63,948 bases of DNA. Source: Paraspadella gotoi (lineage: Eukaryota; Animalia; Chaetognatha). The notes below the pieces were generated by a model. The model made no database searches. It had not been told where the DNA came from and saw only the letters and a program-made list of their open reading frames with translations. The position numbers and the translations under genes were made by a program. Each line of letters begins with the position of its first letter. Within the stretch, counting starts at the first letter, position 1. Positions 30,719 through 42,392 of this stretch are shown one piece after another. The stretch is taken from NCBI GenBank assembly GCA_051294375.1, contig CM119270.1, positions 10,629,850-10,693,797 on the forward strand, written 5' to 3'.

Positions 30719-31605
30719 CGATTCTCTCCTTTGAATCTCATTCTTCGATCTCACAGGCCAAAGTCTTATAGGCGCGCCTATTTAAAAATCGCGGCGCGTG
30801 GGGGGGTTTTGAAAGGTTTTATCAAAGGCACGACGGTTGCGTCGACGCGAGTCGTCGAGAGAAGAACTAAGGCACAAAAAATTTGATAGAATTGTATATA
30901 TTGTGAATAGCAAGTGGTGAAAATGATTGAGGTAAACGGAATTTTTTAAGAAATGACTATAAATAAATCAACAGAATCAAAAGATTAATATTTTTGTATA
31001 AAATTTTTAATATTTAAATTTTTCATAAATAGCGTTTTAAGTTAATGAGATCAAGACGAAAAGATATAAGTAACCATTTCTGCCCAATAACAGTGGCAAA
31101 GCATAAAACGCTTGACGCTTGTTTATAATTGAACTATAAATATTTTGTAACGATACTATTTATAGCAAGAGTCTCTTTCTTAACAGTAGAGATCCAAAAG
31201 CATCCTCTTATTGCAAGAAGAAAAAAAACAAAAACAAAAGGAACATCAATGGCAATAGTAAAAACAATAAGCAAAATAAATGGACAAAACAATTACACAA
31301 GTTGACTAAATTGCATGTTGTGCTCTGTGCAGCTAAGTGAACTGCTCTTTAACTTTAGTTTAAGCCGGACTGTCAACAGCGGCTGTCAGTTTTCATTGAA
31401 TTTTTTTGTGAATGGCATGACGTCATTGCGGATCCAAAGCGCGAAGCTGTTGACGATATCTGACGCTGGACGGTGACTCGTCGTGGTTAGTTTTCGTCAA
31501 TTTTCGTCAGCTTGCCAATTCGACAATTCTTTCTATATTTTCTACGGTTTTGTCAATCATTTCTGCCATATTAAATCATTTTATTTTTTACAATACACTT
31601 GACGT

Positions 31606-33491
31606 TTAATCTTTCATCTTTCCCCCGATTTGCGCTCCAAGTTTCGAAGCCAGCGCGCCACCCAGCGTTCCTCCGGAAGGCGGCGGAATAATTCCCTCTT
31701 CCCTGCGCTGCGCGGCTAAACGACGACGCTGCGCTGCTAACACCTCTAGCCGCTTCTGCATGTCCTCCCGCGTCAACTGTTGCTGCTGCTGTTGTTGCTG
31801 CTGCTGAGAGGCCGATGCCTCTTTCTCCGCCTTGGCGCTAGCCATCCAATCGCCAGCCGCTTCAGCGGCAGACTTAGGCATCGCCGCTGCCGCTGCCGCA
31901 GGCACCCCCTTCGTATCGGATTCTTGCCTTCGCAAAGGGACTTTACTTTCCTCGTTTTTTGACGACTGCTGTTGCTGCAGAGATCCTGGTCTACGTTGCT
32001 GTAGGAGCACCTTTGGTGCTTCTACGGTTTTCGCGATGCCGTAATTCGATGGCGTCGATTCCTTCGCAACATTTGATACTTCGTTGTCCTCCTCGTCGTC
32101 GTCGTCCCCTGGATCGATAGAAACTCCCTGCGAGATGCTGTAGTAGTTTCCTCGCGACCCGAGATTTCTCGAGTCTTTTCTCTCGTCGTCGTCGACCGTC
32201 GACTTCTCTCCCGTCTCTCCATCCGTGTTCCCCGCTTCCCTCTGCTCCCTCTCCCTCCTCTCCTCCGCCCATCGTCCTCCTTCGACTCTCACTTCCTCCC
32301 TTTCCTCCTCCTTCTTCCTTTCCTCTTCTTTTTCCTTTTTCTTCCTCTCCTCCTCTATTCTCCCTTTCTCTCTCTCATTCTCCTTCGTCTCTTCCTCCCT
32401 CCGCTCCTTCTCCCTCTTCTCCTTTTCCGCCCTGAGCTTCTCCTCGTCGGCGGCCTGTTCCGTCTCGAACTCTTCCTTGGATTGACGAAGGACTTGGATC
32501 ATCAGAGCCTCGTCGTCGGCTTCCGAGTAGATCATGTCGGTCAGGGTTGGGTTGTCTTGCCTTCATGAAATTTTGGAGGGGTGGGGGACGGGGGAACTTT
32601 GAAGTAGGTTATTATAAGGTTTATTACCAAAATAAAATTTGTAATGTTGAATTCAAACAAGTCTCTAGTCTGAAGTCTTTTTTTTTGTGCAGTTTTTTTT
32701 TAAATGGTGTTTTACTCGGACATATAAAATTCAAAAAAGGTCATAAATGTATTAAAGTAACTTTCTTTAATACACTCTCCTCCTGCATTCCAAATCGTCT
32801 CACCAATAATCGCCCCGGGATTTGTTCTTGGTTTTGTTCTTCTTCTTCTTGTTCTTCTTTTCTTTTTCTTCGGCTTCTCGCAGATTCAACTCGAGCGCTT
32901 TCACTTCCTGATTCAAGTGTGTTCACAGATCTCCAATGAAGTTTCTTCATTATTGACCACCACACACCACAGCCCCATCGACCAGACCTGCATGATGTTG
33001 TTCTCCACCATGAGCCTCTTGAAGACGATGAAGTCGGCGGCGGCTTTGACTTGATCGAACATGCGGTTGCAGTCGACATCGCGTCTGAGCCCGAAGGACG
33101 TCCAATCCTTGGAGCACGCCTCCAGAAATTGTTTCTGCAGGATGCAATGAAGAAAGAAATAGAAGGCCACAACATTCTTGGCTCGTTTTATACAATGATT
33201 TAACTATAATTGGTCCAACCCTCTCTGGATGCTCCAGAAGCGTCCACCAACTTATCTCACCATCTTCTCTACCTGCGTGATCCCTACGTCCTGCAAGTAG
33301 GTCTCCAGGAGCACCTCCACCATCTCTCCGTAGTTTTTGTGATCCTCCATGAACTCGTGGGGATTCTCCTCCGAGGGTCCGTAGACGAGGCACTTCTCGT
33401 CCATGAAGTTCTCCACGGGAACTCGCCACATTGGGGACGAGAGAAAGCCGAAGACCCCGTCGAGGATCCAGTCGTCATCGTCGTCCGCCAT
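31606..33491 (-). CDS. CFAP36: Cilia- and flagella-associated protein 36 (CCDC104/BARTL1; ARL3-binding BART-like domain), about 474 aa
   Basis: Exons 33491-33273, 33134-32988, 32907-32804, 32560-31606 (phases 0, 0, 2). N-terminus DWILDGVFGFLSSPMWRVPVENFMDEKCLVY...HKNYGEMVEVLLETYLQDVGIT..QFLEAC...AAADFIVFKRLMVENN, then VLRQSKEEF, AAGDWMASAKAE and a C-terminal coiled coil, all typical of CFAP36. AATAAA lies just past the stop. Confidence 0.9.
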
Positions 33492-33513
33492 GGCTGGACG
33501 AAGGGGGGGAGGG

Positions 33514-33575
<62 letters not shown>

Positions 33576-35475
33576 TGGAGATAAAACGGAGACGGGAAGA
33601 GAGGAGGGAAGGAAATCTTGAAATCTTGAAGGATTGACAGAGAAAAAGTATGTAAATTCACAGCCAACAAGAAAACCAGAAAAAACTTCAAATATTATTG
33701 ATAGCACTTTCGTTAAAGAGATTCCTTAACCGTTAAATAAGGGAAGCGCTCTTTATCTCTCCTAAAATTAAATCCGTTGCGAACAAGAGTCAACGGAAAC
33801 CGGAAAGATATCACAAGGGTTATGAGAAATGTTTACCAAATAAAAACCAAATTAAACTTATGTTTTTAAATAAAATTTTCTTAAAACAAAGTGAAGCGCT
33901 CAAATCAGATTCGCGTTATTTGAAATATAAATGTTTTTATATTATTATTTAGTAAAAATGTCTAATGATTGGAAAAAAGACGGAGGGTTTCTCTCCTGTC
34001 TGGAATCATTTTGAGAAAAAGGTTGTGAGAAAAAAGTTGTTGTCTCGTCAAATTTTTTTTGAAAATTTTTGGGCTGAAAATAAATAATTCCAAGAAAAAA
34101 CATAAAAAGGACTCCGCGGTTACTTGTATTCCAAAGCTGTCAAGTATCTGTTGAATATATTGTTGAATCTTTAAGCCAAACATCAAAGAAAGGGGACGCG
34201 GGTTTTGGAGAAAGCCTCTCTAATACCACCAATTAAAAAAAAATTAAAGAACTAAAAAGCTTTCTTCTTGAGAAAAACAACTTTAAATCGCCTCATAAGT
34301 TAACAAAAAAGAGTATTTTTGACGCAACAAGTGAGTAATCACCACCTATGAAAAAAATATATTCTATTGCGTCCAGACTATACTACTTACTTTACCGCCA
34401 ACCATAGACTAACTTAGACTCTAAGCTGAGAAGTGCATCAGGACTTTTTATCTCTTAACTCCAAACATTAACTGTTGACGCTCTTTAAAGATAATTATTT
34501 AATTTAAAAAATGATACGAGCTCATAATCGCTCTCATTGATTTGTTTATTATCATTAATTCAGTGTATATTATTTCTTCCTAAATATTGAAATAAGATTT
34601 GAACACAAAGTTTAAATTGTTTTTCCTTCTTTTATTCATTTATGTTATCAAATTACTTAAGTTACTAAATGAACCGATTTTAACCGACGTTTTAGAAAAA
34701 TGAACGGTTAAGGAAACTACTTTCGTACAAGTTACGATTAAAAAAAATGTAAGGTGTTGAAAAAATGTCTCTGCACACAGCAGTGACGAATCCATGCACG
34801 GATTGGATGAATTAAAAGGCGTTCAACGCGACCTTTTCCCCCTCATAAATTGAGGAACAATAAAGAAAGAATAAAAAGTTCAAGGTCGAGAAAATCAATT
34901 AGGTTTTCGAATCGTCATCAGATCCTTTTTTTTTCTTTGATATGGAATGTTCAGGGTAAAAATCATCTGGGCCCAGGTTTCGAGGCGACATCTGGATGTC
35001 TGGCTTTTTTAAACAAATGCTATAATCTTCAATTACTCGGCCTTGAGTTTTGGGAGAGAAAATAAAGTTGATAACGTTGATTTTTTTTTTTTTTTTTTTT
35101 TTTTTTTGACAATCCCAAACCATGTCGAAAAGTCTTTTACTTCAATTGGAATGTGCAAAGAATGATATCACTTTCCTTATTTATTGTTTCATGGTTTGTT
35201 CTTACCAATGGTTTAACTAACTTTAGGATATAATTAAGATCAACAGAGTTTCACCCTAAGTTAATCAATAATCGTTTTGTTTTTTTTTTTTAAAGAAAGG
35301 GTTTAGATACTGACCCAAAATTCTTAATTCACGGAGAAAATTGTTTTTCTTCCGAATTTCTTCGACGCTTGGTGTCGCTGCTCATCTGGTACTTCATTTA
35401 CTTGCGATAAATTGAACATCAATGCCTGTCTTTCTGGACGTTTGTCTTTGTCTTCCAGTGTTTGGTTTCTCTTAA

Positions 35476-35567
35476 AGAGACAGTAATTATTGTTATGTGT
35501 CAGTGACAGAACCGTTCAATATAAGCAGTCCATGAGCTTCGGATCAGGCTGTAACACCGTGTTACAG
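35476..35567 (-). mobile_element. 5'-truncated copy of the putative SINE at 18733-18961
   Basis: Reverse complement of about 18866-18958 with few substitutions. Confidence 0.7.
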
Positions 35568-35911
35568 TAATCAAAGAGTATATCACATTTTTAATAAAGG
35601 ATTAATCTACTTGAAAACTTGTTTGATTTAAAACAAATCAGAATATTTATAAATCTACATTGAATTTCTTTTCAGTAGCTTCCTTCCTTTTTTTTGTAGG
35701 TCAAATCGTTTAGAAGTTAGAGGCAACAAAATATTGTTACTTAAAATAAGAAATGTAAAAAAAAAATCAGATTTAGTCTTCTACCATTTTTGGTATTTAT
35801 TTATTTATTTTTATTTCGAATAGAGTTAGTTATTTTTTTAATTTTTTTAAAATTTGGTAATGCTAAAGGCCTTGCACCTCTTTTTAGTTTAAAAAAGTAC
35901 TATTATAGCTC

Positions 35912-36066
35912 TTAGAAAAGAGGGAAAGATGCGCAACATCAACATCAGGGCTGAAAAGAATTGCATTAAAGATGTGGAAAAATATTTCACTGTCATACCT
36001 CAATTTTCTGTGCCCTGAAGAATGCAGGCAGTAATCAATGCCGAGGAAGAGCATACCAAATATTAC
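35912..36066 (+). pseudogene. Tc1/mariner transposase C-terminal remnant
   Basis: With one frameshift it reads ...GLKRIALKMWKNISLSYLN / SVP*RMQAVINAEEEHTKY, matching the Tc1 terminal motif W..I....L..SMP.R..AVI.A.GG.TKY*. Confidence 0.65.
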
Positions 36067-36216
36067 AAATGTTTTACCCATGTTTTGTGTACTTTTTATT
36101 GAATAAATAAATTAGGTGATATACTTTTTCCTAGATAGTATTTTATTTTGAAATTTTTTTTATTGAAAATACGAATTTCGATAAAAAATTTTTTAAGGTA
36201 CCAAAATCTCTCTCTC

Positions 36217-36333
<117 letters not shown>

Positions 36334-36336
36334 GTC

Positions 36337-36384
36337 AAAGCGCTGATGAAGGCTTGCAAGGTAAAGCCGAAACATGTCTGTTTT
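36337..36384 (+). ncRNA. Type I minimal hammerhead ribozyme motif (Penelope-like element type)
   Basis: Stem I aaagcg/tgtttt, core CTGATGA (36343-36349) plus an extra A, stem II GGCTT-gcaaggta-AAGCC, GAAA (36369-36372), palindromic minimal stem III A-CATG-T, and cleavage triplet GTC ending at 36378. AATAAA follows at 36386. Confidence 0.7.
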
Positions 36385-37465
36385 AAATAAAATCTCATCG
36401 TTGTTGTAAAAAACTTCGTCTTTATCTCCATCTCTATTCGATACACAACCAAAAGAAAGAATTCTCGCAACGTACCAAAAACATAATCAGCAATAGTTTT
36501 TAATAGTTTTTAATAATTTTTAATAATTTTTAATAATTTTTATAATCATGAACTTTTGTTGCTATTCCAAAGTAAATTACATTACACTTCACATGAGGCA
36601 CACACTTCACACTAGACGTTTCAGACGCGGCCAAAGTCAAGGCGCCTCGAGCGCCCGTTGTCGTCACCCACGCGCGTGCCGTCTNNNNNNNNNNNNNNNN
36701 NNNNNNNNNNNNNNNNNNNNNNNNNNNNNNNNNNNNNNNNNNNNNNNNNNNNNNNNNNNNNNNNNNNNNNNNNNNNNNNNNNNNNNNNNNNNNNNNNNNN
36801 NNNNNNNNNNNNNNNNNNNNNNNNNNNNNNNNNNNNNNNNNNNNNNNNNNNNNNNNNNNNNNNNNNNNNNNNNNNNNNNNNNNNNNNNNNNNNNNNNNNN
36901 NNNNNNNNNNNNNNNNNNNNNNNNNNNNNAGAGATGAGTCGCAATCGAATTTTGCCAAAATAGTCTTATGTAAATGGCGCCGCCTTCGCGTTGGATGGGC
37001 GGGATTTTTTTCTGGATGAGAGGAGAAGCGAGACGGAGAAGTGGAATTGGAAATGGAAGGAAAACTGAGATGAATTTATTGTTGCACCCAATGAAAAACT
37101 GGAAGAAAAAAGAAAGAAAAATTGATAAAACCTGTATTTCAAAAAACTAAATTCCGACATCAAAAGGTCAACTTAAACCAAACTCTTCTTCTATCTCTCT
37201 CTCTCTACTCCTACCACGAATTATCACTATTCATTATCCAGGTCTCTCTCGACCACACTGCACTTGCGCGGAACTCATAGAATTTCTTCCATACTCCTCT
37301 CCTCCCCGATCGAGCCAAGTTGCTGGGTTTTGGAAAGCGGATTGGCTCCCAGCTAACAGCAAAGTGTCGAGACCAATACACAGATCACGGCGGTCGATTT
37401 AACACTACCCCTCACGCGAGTTCAGCAACATTCGAAAGCAGTCCGTCGATTCAACGATCAACACT

Positions 37466-37497
<32 letters not shown>

Positions 37498-38499
37498 ATC
37501 ATCATTTCACTCTCTTCTCCTGCCCTTACCTCCTCTTCCCTCTTTCCCTCACCTTCCTTTCGGGGCTGAGCCTTTTTTTCAGCGGCCCAACGATGATGGT
37601 TATAACGCGTATGTGACCCCCTGATCGCAATTTTTTCCTATTATTTTCTTTTCTTCTTTTTCCTATAATTTTTTTTCTTTTCTTCTTTTTTCCTCAAATT
37701 TTTTTTCTTTTCCATATCATACCATTTTGGAGACCAGAAATCCAGCGGGAGTTTCCTTCTCTTCATCGAAAGAAGTGAGGCGGACCACAAAAGCTTCGAG
37801 AGACCGAAGACCAGCTTCACTTGTTTTCTTTCTGTCAACTTCTTTGTTTTTCTTTCTTTATTGTTCTTTCTGTTCTATTCTTCCTTTCTTTATTATTCTT
37901 CACTTTTTTTTTCTCGCTTAAATATTCGTTTTTCCTCTCCACCTGACTCTCTCCTTTTGAATTTGCGTCTCCTCACTTAGCAAAAAAATTTTTAAACTTA
38001 TTTAATAAATTTTGTGCTCCGTGATCATTGTAATAATTTGACTTCAATTGCAAAACATTCTGCCCCAACCAATAAATTAGCTTGAAAAAATTTTAATAGC
38101 GTTTGAACTGTTTTTTTGTGTTTTTAATAACTGTTTTTTTTCGAACGACAGCGCCGGAAATATTAAAAAGGATTTTTTTTACAACACAGAATCGTTGTGA
38201 AGGCCTGTACTGAGAAGTATGATAAGCAAAGCAAAGGATAAATTTTGAACACGCATCTACATCGATAGTTTCTATTATTTAGGTCTTTAACCTCCTGCGA
38301 TCGAAGACAACAACGACCCATGGAGTCGTAGTTGAGAACTGTGCAATTATTTAGTGTCTACGAACCGGAGAAGGTTAAGACCGATTAATCCGCCCGCTGT
38401 ACTAGCTCAGTGAAAAGCATCATTGGACACATTAATGAAAAAAGCAACAATGAAACGAAACTGGCGAAAAATGACATAGTGGAACCGTAGCCTTCTTGA

Positions 38500-38528
38500 A
38501 CAACAACAACAACGACGACGACACGACC

Positions 38529-38565
<37 letters not shown>
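38500..38565. repeat. (ACA)n/(ACG)n trinucleotide microsatellite
   Basis: Directly visible; counterpart at about 58460-58505. Confidence 0.9.
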
Positions 38566-38567
<2 letters not shown>

Positions 38568-39419
38568 CTTTACCCATCAAAAAATAGGGAATCTGCACAT
38601 CGAGAAAAACACGGCGGAAGGAAGAAAAAAAAGATGGCTTTTGTCGTTTTTTCTATTATTGAGGGGAGGGAACAGCAATTGCAGAGGGGGGATGGTAGGG
38701 GTAGGGTGGGAAGGGAGGGAATGGGGGCAGATGGTGGAGGGGTGGGCTGAAGCTGACTCATGGCGTTTATTTAATCTTCGACACTGTTACGTTTAAGCGT
38801 CGATGTTTGTGCTGGCAAAGGCGAGGCGAGATTCCGGTTGGTGTGGAAAGTCTAGGGTGCATGGAATAAGGGCGTGGGAGGAATAAGGGTAAAGAGAAAG
38901 GAAGGAATAAACCGCGGATTGGAGAAAGTAGAATTTTGAATAGTCGGATTGTTAGGAAAGGGATAGGGAAAGGGGAAAGTTGGATTTAACCCTTTTCTTT
39001 CTTTGTGTCGGGTATCCTTTTTATTTAATAATTCCTAAATCTTTCAAGAATCTAGCAATAGGTCGACCTAAACTCGTAATAACCGCTGTCGTATAACGTA
39101 CATCAAGAATATCATTTAAGTAACAATTTTACTTCAGAGAGATGAAAAAGCAGAAATACGAAGTTTAAAAAGTGTTAACAAGAATCTCAGAACTGAGACA
39201 ACAACACTTTCGTTAGCACGCCCTCCTCCTCCCCGACTCCTGAAGGAGGTTCCGGAGGCCTCCCCCAAAAAACGGTTTTCAAAAGGCTTTTTTTTTTCGC
39301 TTGGCGATACTAAAAACCAAAGGCGTGACTTTCGGCTTGACGTGGTAGTCCGGCAAACCGACGTCGCTTACGCCGTTATCGTTTTCGCCTCGAAATTTTT
39401 CATCGTCGCTCTTTTTTAC

Positions 39420-39990
39420 CGTCATATCGGCGGTCGCTCGTCCATTGAGTCGATGGTGATCGGTTGTAGATCCGGTTTTCGGCGTAGGCTTTGTCATTTG
39501 GGCAGTAAGGCTTCGATGCATTAAGAGTTCGACTGGTGGGGTCCGTTTAGTCATTGAGCGTAGGCATTCGTCATTGAGTCGATGGTGTTCGGTTTAGTCA
39601 TTGGCGTAGGCTCGTCATTGAGGATCGATGGTAAATCGGACTTAGGTTCGTTGGCAGTAAGGCTTTGGGTCATTGGCGTAGGCTTCGGCTCCATGTGAGA
39701 TCGATGGATGTCATGGTTTGAGTCCATATGGCGTAGGCCATCGTCAATTGAGTCGATGAGTATCGGCTTAGTCCCGTTGGACGTAGGCCTTTGAAATCAT
39801 TGGCGTTGGCTTGTCATTGAAGTCGATGGTAGTTCGGTTTAGTCGTATGTGCGTAGGCTTCGTCATTGAGGCACGTAAAGCTTCGTCATTAGAGTCGATT
39901 GGTGTCGGGTTTAAGTCGTTGGCGTAGTCTTCGGTCATTGAGCGTGACTTCGTTCATTGAGGTCCGGGTGCGTCATTGGCATTGTCTTCA
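39420..39990. repeat. Degenerate minisatellite (subunits of about 18 bp, higher-order units of about 44/62 bp)
   Basis: Recurrent cattgagtcgatggtgtcggcttagtcgttggcgtaggctttgt and cattggcgttggctttgt; the counterpart at about 59425-60250 is longer. Confidence 0.8.
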
Positions 39991-40714
39991 TCACTAATCT
40001 ACTTAATGCTTGGCTTTTACTATTTGTATCAATATTGTCGTTTGTCACAGCAATTGGTTTTGTTCTATGCGTTGACTTCATTATGACATTGGATTATTTC
40101 CATTGCAATGGCTACAATGCAAGAAATCGGCTTGGTCAACCCCATCTACTCCTCGTTCAATAGCGTCATTGACTTTGCCATTGACTAACTCATTAGAATA
40201 TCCACTTCATCAAGTGTCTGGTTTCGGTCCTAACCGTCATCATTCCGTCATTCTGCTATCGATGTTGGCGTCGCCCTCGGTCATGGAAGCATTGGCGATA
40301 ATCAGTCGATTCGTTTCAAGAAAGGACGCGGCTGGAGGAAAGATAGCGCATTGTAACTTTGAGAGCGTCATTTTTCCAAGTGAGCAGCATGTTTACTTTG
40401 TAAGTGACTCAATGACGACAAGATCGACCACAAAGGACGACGACAAAGTCGAACGACGGGTGACCTTACAAATGTCACCACTGGTCGAAATCTCACCACA
40501 CTCAACCGTTTAGTGGAGGAAAAGTTCCTGCACCCACGTTCCCAAACGCTAATTCTTGTTTTTTTTAATATTTTGGTATTTTCCTTTGTTATGTTTAACC
40601 TTTTTCTGTTTGTTATGGTTTCAAACCATTACATTAGATTATTTGAATTGCAAAAAAGCTTCTTAATTTTTGACCAAAAAATAATCCATTTTGAAAGTCG
40701 CCACAACTTCGCCC

Positions 40715-41090
40715 TTTTTTAGTTGCGCACCGCGAAGTACTCGCGAATTACTCTATAAAGTCAACGTTTCGGTCAGTACGGATCGGATCGGGTCCATCGT
40801 CGTATGTCTTTCTGTCGGTCTGTTCCAACTTTCGTTAAAAATGCTCAGAACTTGCATTATATGTTAATTTAAGTATAAATTGGTTGCTCATTTGTCAAGT
40901 CAGAAAAAACCATCAAATCTAAGAATAAAAAACAAATTCCGATACAGAACGTGTCAGAAATAACACGGGCTAAGAAAGTTATTTGTAGTCATTAGTCATT
41001 TCATGTCATTTCGTGTCATAATCACGAGAAATATCGTGATAAGGCAGTCAACTGCGGCGCAACATATTTGGTATTACGCGTTTCTTGATT
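40715..41090 (+). mobile_element. Helentron/DINE-like element, family 2
   Basis: Subterminal IR gttgcgccgc / gcggcgcaac (cleaner at 60931-60940 and 61235-61244), an adjacent partial IR, a (GGTC)n tract, and an end ...ttcttg in T-rich flanks. Confidence 0.55.
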
Positions 41091-42213
41091 TTTCTTTCTT
41101 TTCTTCTTTCTTTTTCTTTCTTTCTTATCTTTCTCTTTCTTCTCTTTCAATTTCTTATCTTGTTCTTTCTTTCTTTCTTTCTTTCTTTCTTTTTTCTTTC
41201 CTGTCTTTCTTTCTTTCATTTTACTCATTTAATATATTCTCTGTTTCTCTTCGTGCCGGTTCTTGCACACCCACTATTCTTTTCCTTTTCTTCTCTCTCC
41301 CGGGGTCTCTCTTGCATTACTCCCCTAGGAAAATTCTCCTGCAAGAATTCTGTCTCCTCTCCTTGCTTTTAAAATAAAGTTCATCACATGAATCTATGGC
41401 GTATCTCACCCTTAGAGCCAATCCCTCATCTCCGCCAGGCGCTGCTCCCTCACTTTATTCTCTCTCTCTATCTCCCCTTCAATCTNNNNNNNNNNNNNNN
41501 NNNNNNNNNNCTGCCCTTCCTCCTCTTCCCTCTTTCCCTCACCTCCTTCGGGGCTGAGCCTTTTTTCCGGCCCAACGATGATGGTTATAACGCCGATGAT
41601 GACCCCTGATCGCATTTTTTCCTTTATTTTCTTTTCTTCTTTTTTCCTTATTTTTTTTCTTTTCTTCTTTTTTCCTCATTTTTTTTCTTTTCCTCCATCC
41701 ATTTTGGGACCGACGTTTCCTTCTCTCGAAAGAGTGAGGCGCCACAAAAGCTTCGAGAGACCGAAGACCAGCTTCCACTTTTTCTTTCTGTCAACTTCTT
41801 TGTTTTTCTTTCTTTATTGTTCTTTCTGTTCTATTCTTCTTTCTTTATTATTTTCACTTTTTTTCTCCGCTATATTCGTTTTCTCGTCACTGTCTCTCCT
41901 TTTGATTTGCGTCTCCTCACTTAGCAAAATTTTTAAACTTATTTTAATAAATTTTGTGCTCCGTGATCATTGTAAATTAATTGTTTTCTTAATCATAGAT
42001 GATAGCGCATACAACTATTACATAAAATAAAAATACCATAACTAAAACAAACAAAACTCTGAAACAAACCCCAAGAGTGAACTTTGAATAGAATAGAATA
42101 ATAAAGAAAGAGGAACCAAATTCGTCTGATAAAATACATCCGATACTGACTACGGACTATGGAACAAAATAAATTTCCGAACAGATGTCAACCTTCTTCT
42201 TTTCCCTTTGCCG

Positions 42214-42392
42214 CTGGGGTGGGGATGTGGCGCATCAGCTATCCCGGGATCTACACGCGGGTTCAATCCTTTCTTACTTGGATCGAAAAAAGAACTCGTG
42301 CTCCCCGGGAATCGAGTGTTTTGGCGCCGAGACCAGTGCGCCGAAGTCAACAATCTCGTTGCGTCTTTCTCCGGATTGCGAGCCCGGCTTGA
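42214..42392 (+). pseudogene. Frameshifted copy of the last protease exon (in the duplicated block)
   Basis: [24 protein letters not shown] is retained, with indels around it. Confidence 0.7.

Noticed and set aside
36530-36963. ORFs spanning N runs (also 58843-59514 and 63024-63572)
   Set aside because: Open only because of assembly gaps.
39420-39990. CRISPR-like array
   Set aside because: Eukaryotic context, and the units are contiguous degenerate repeats with no unique spacers.
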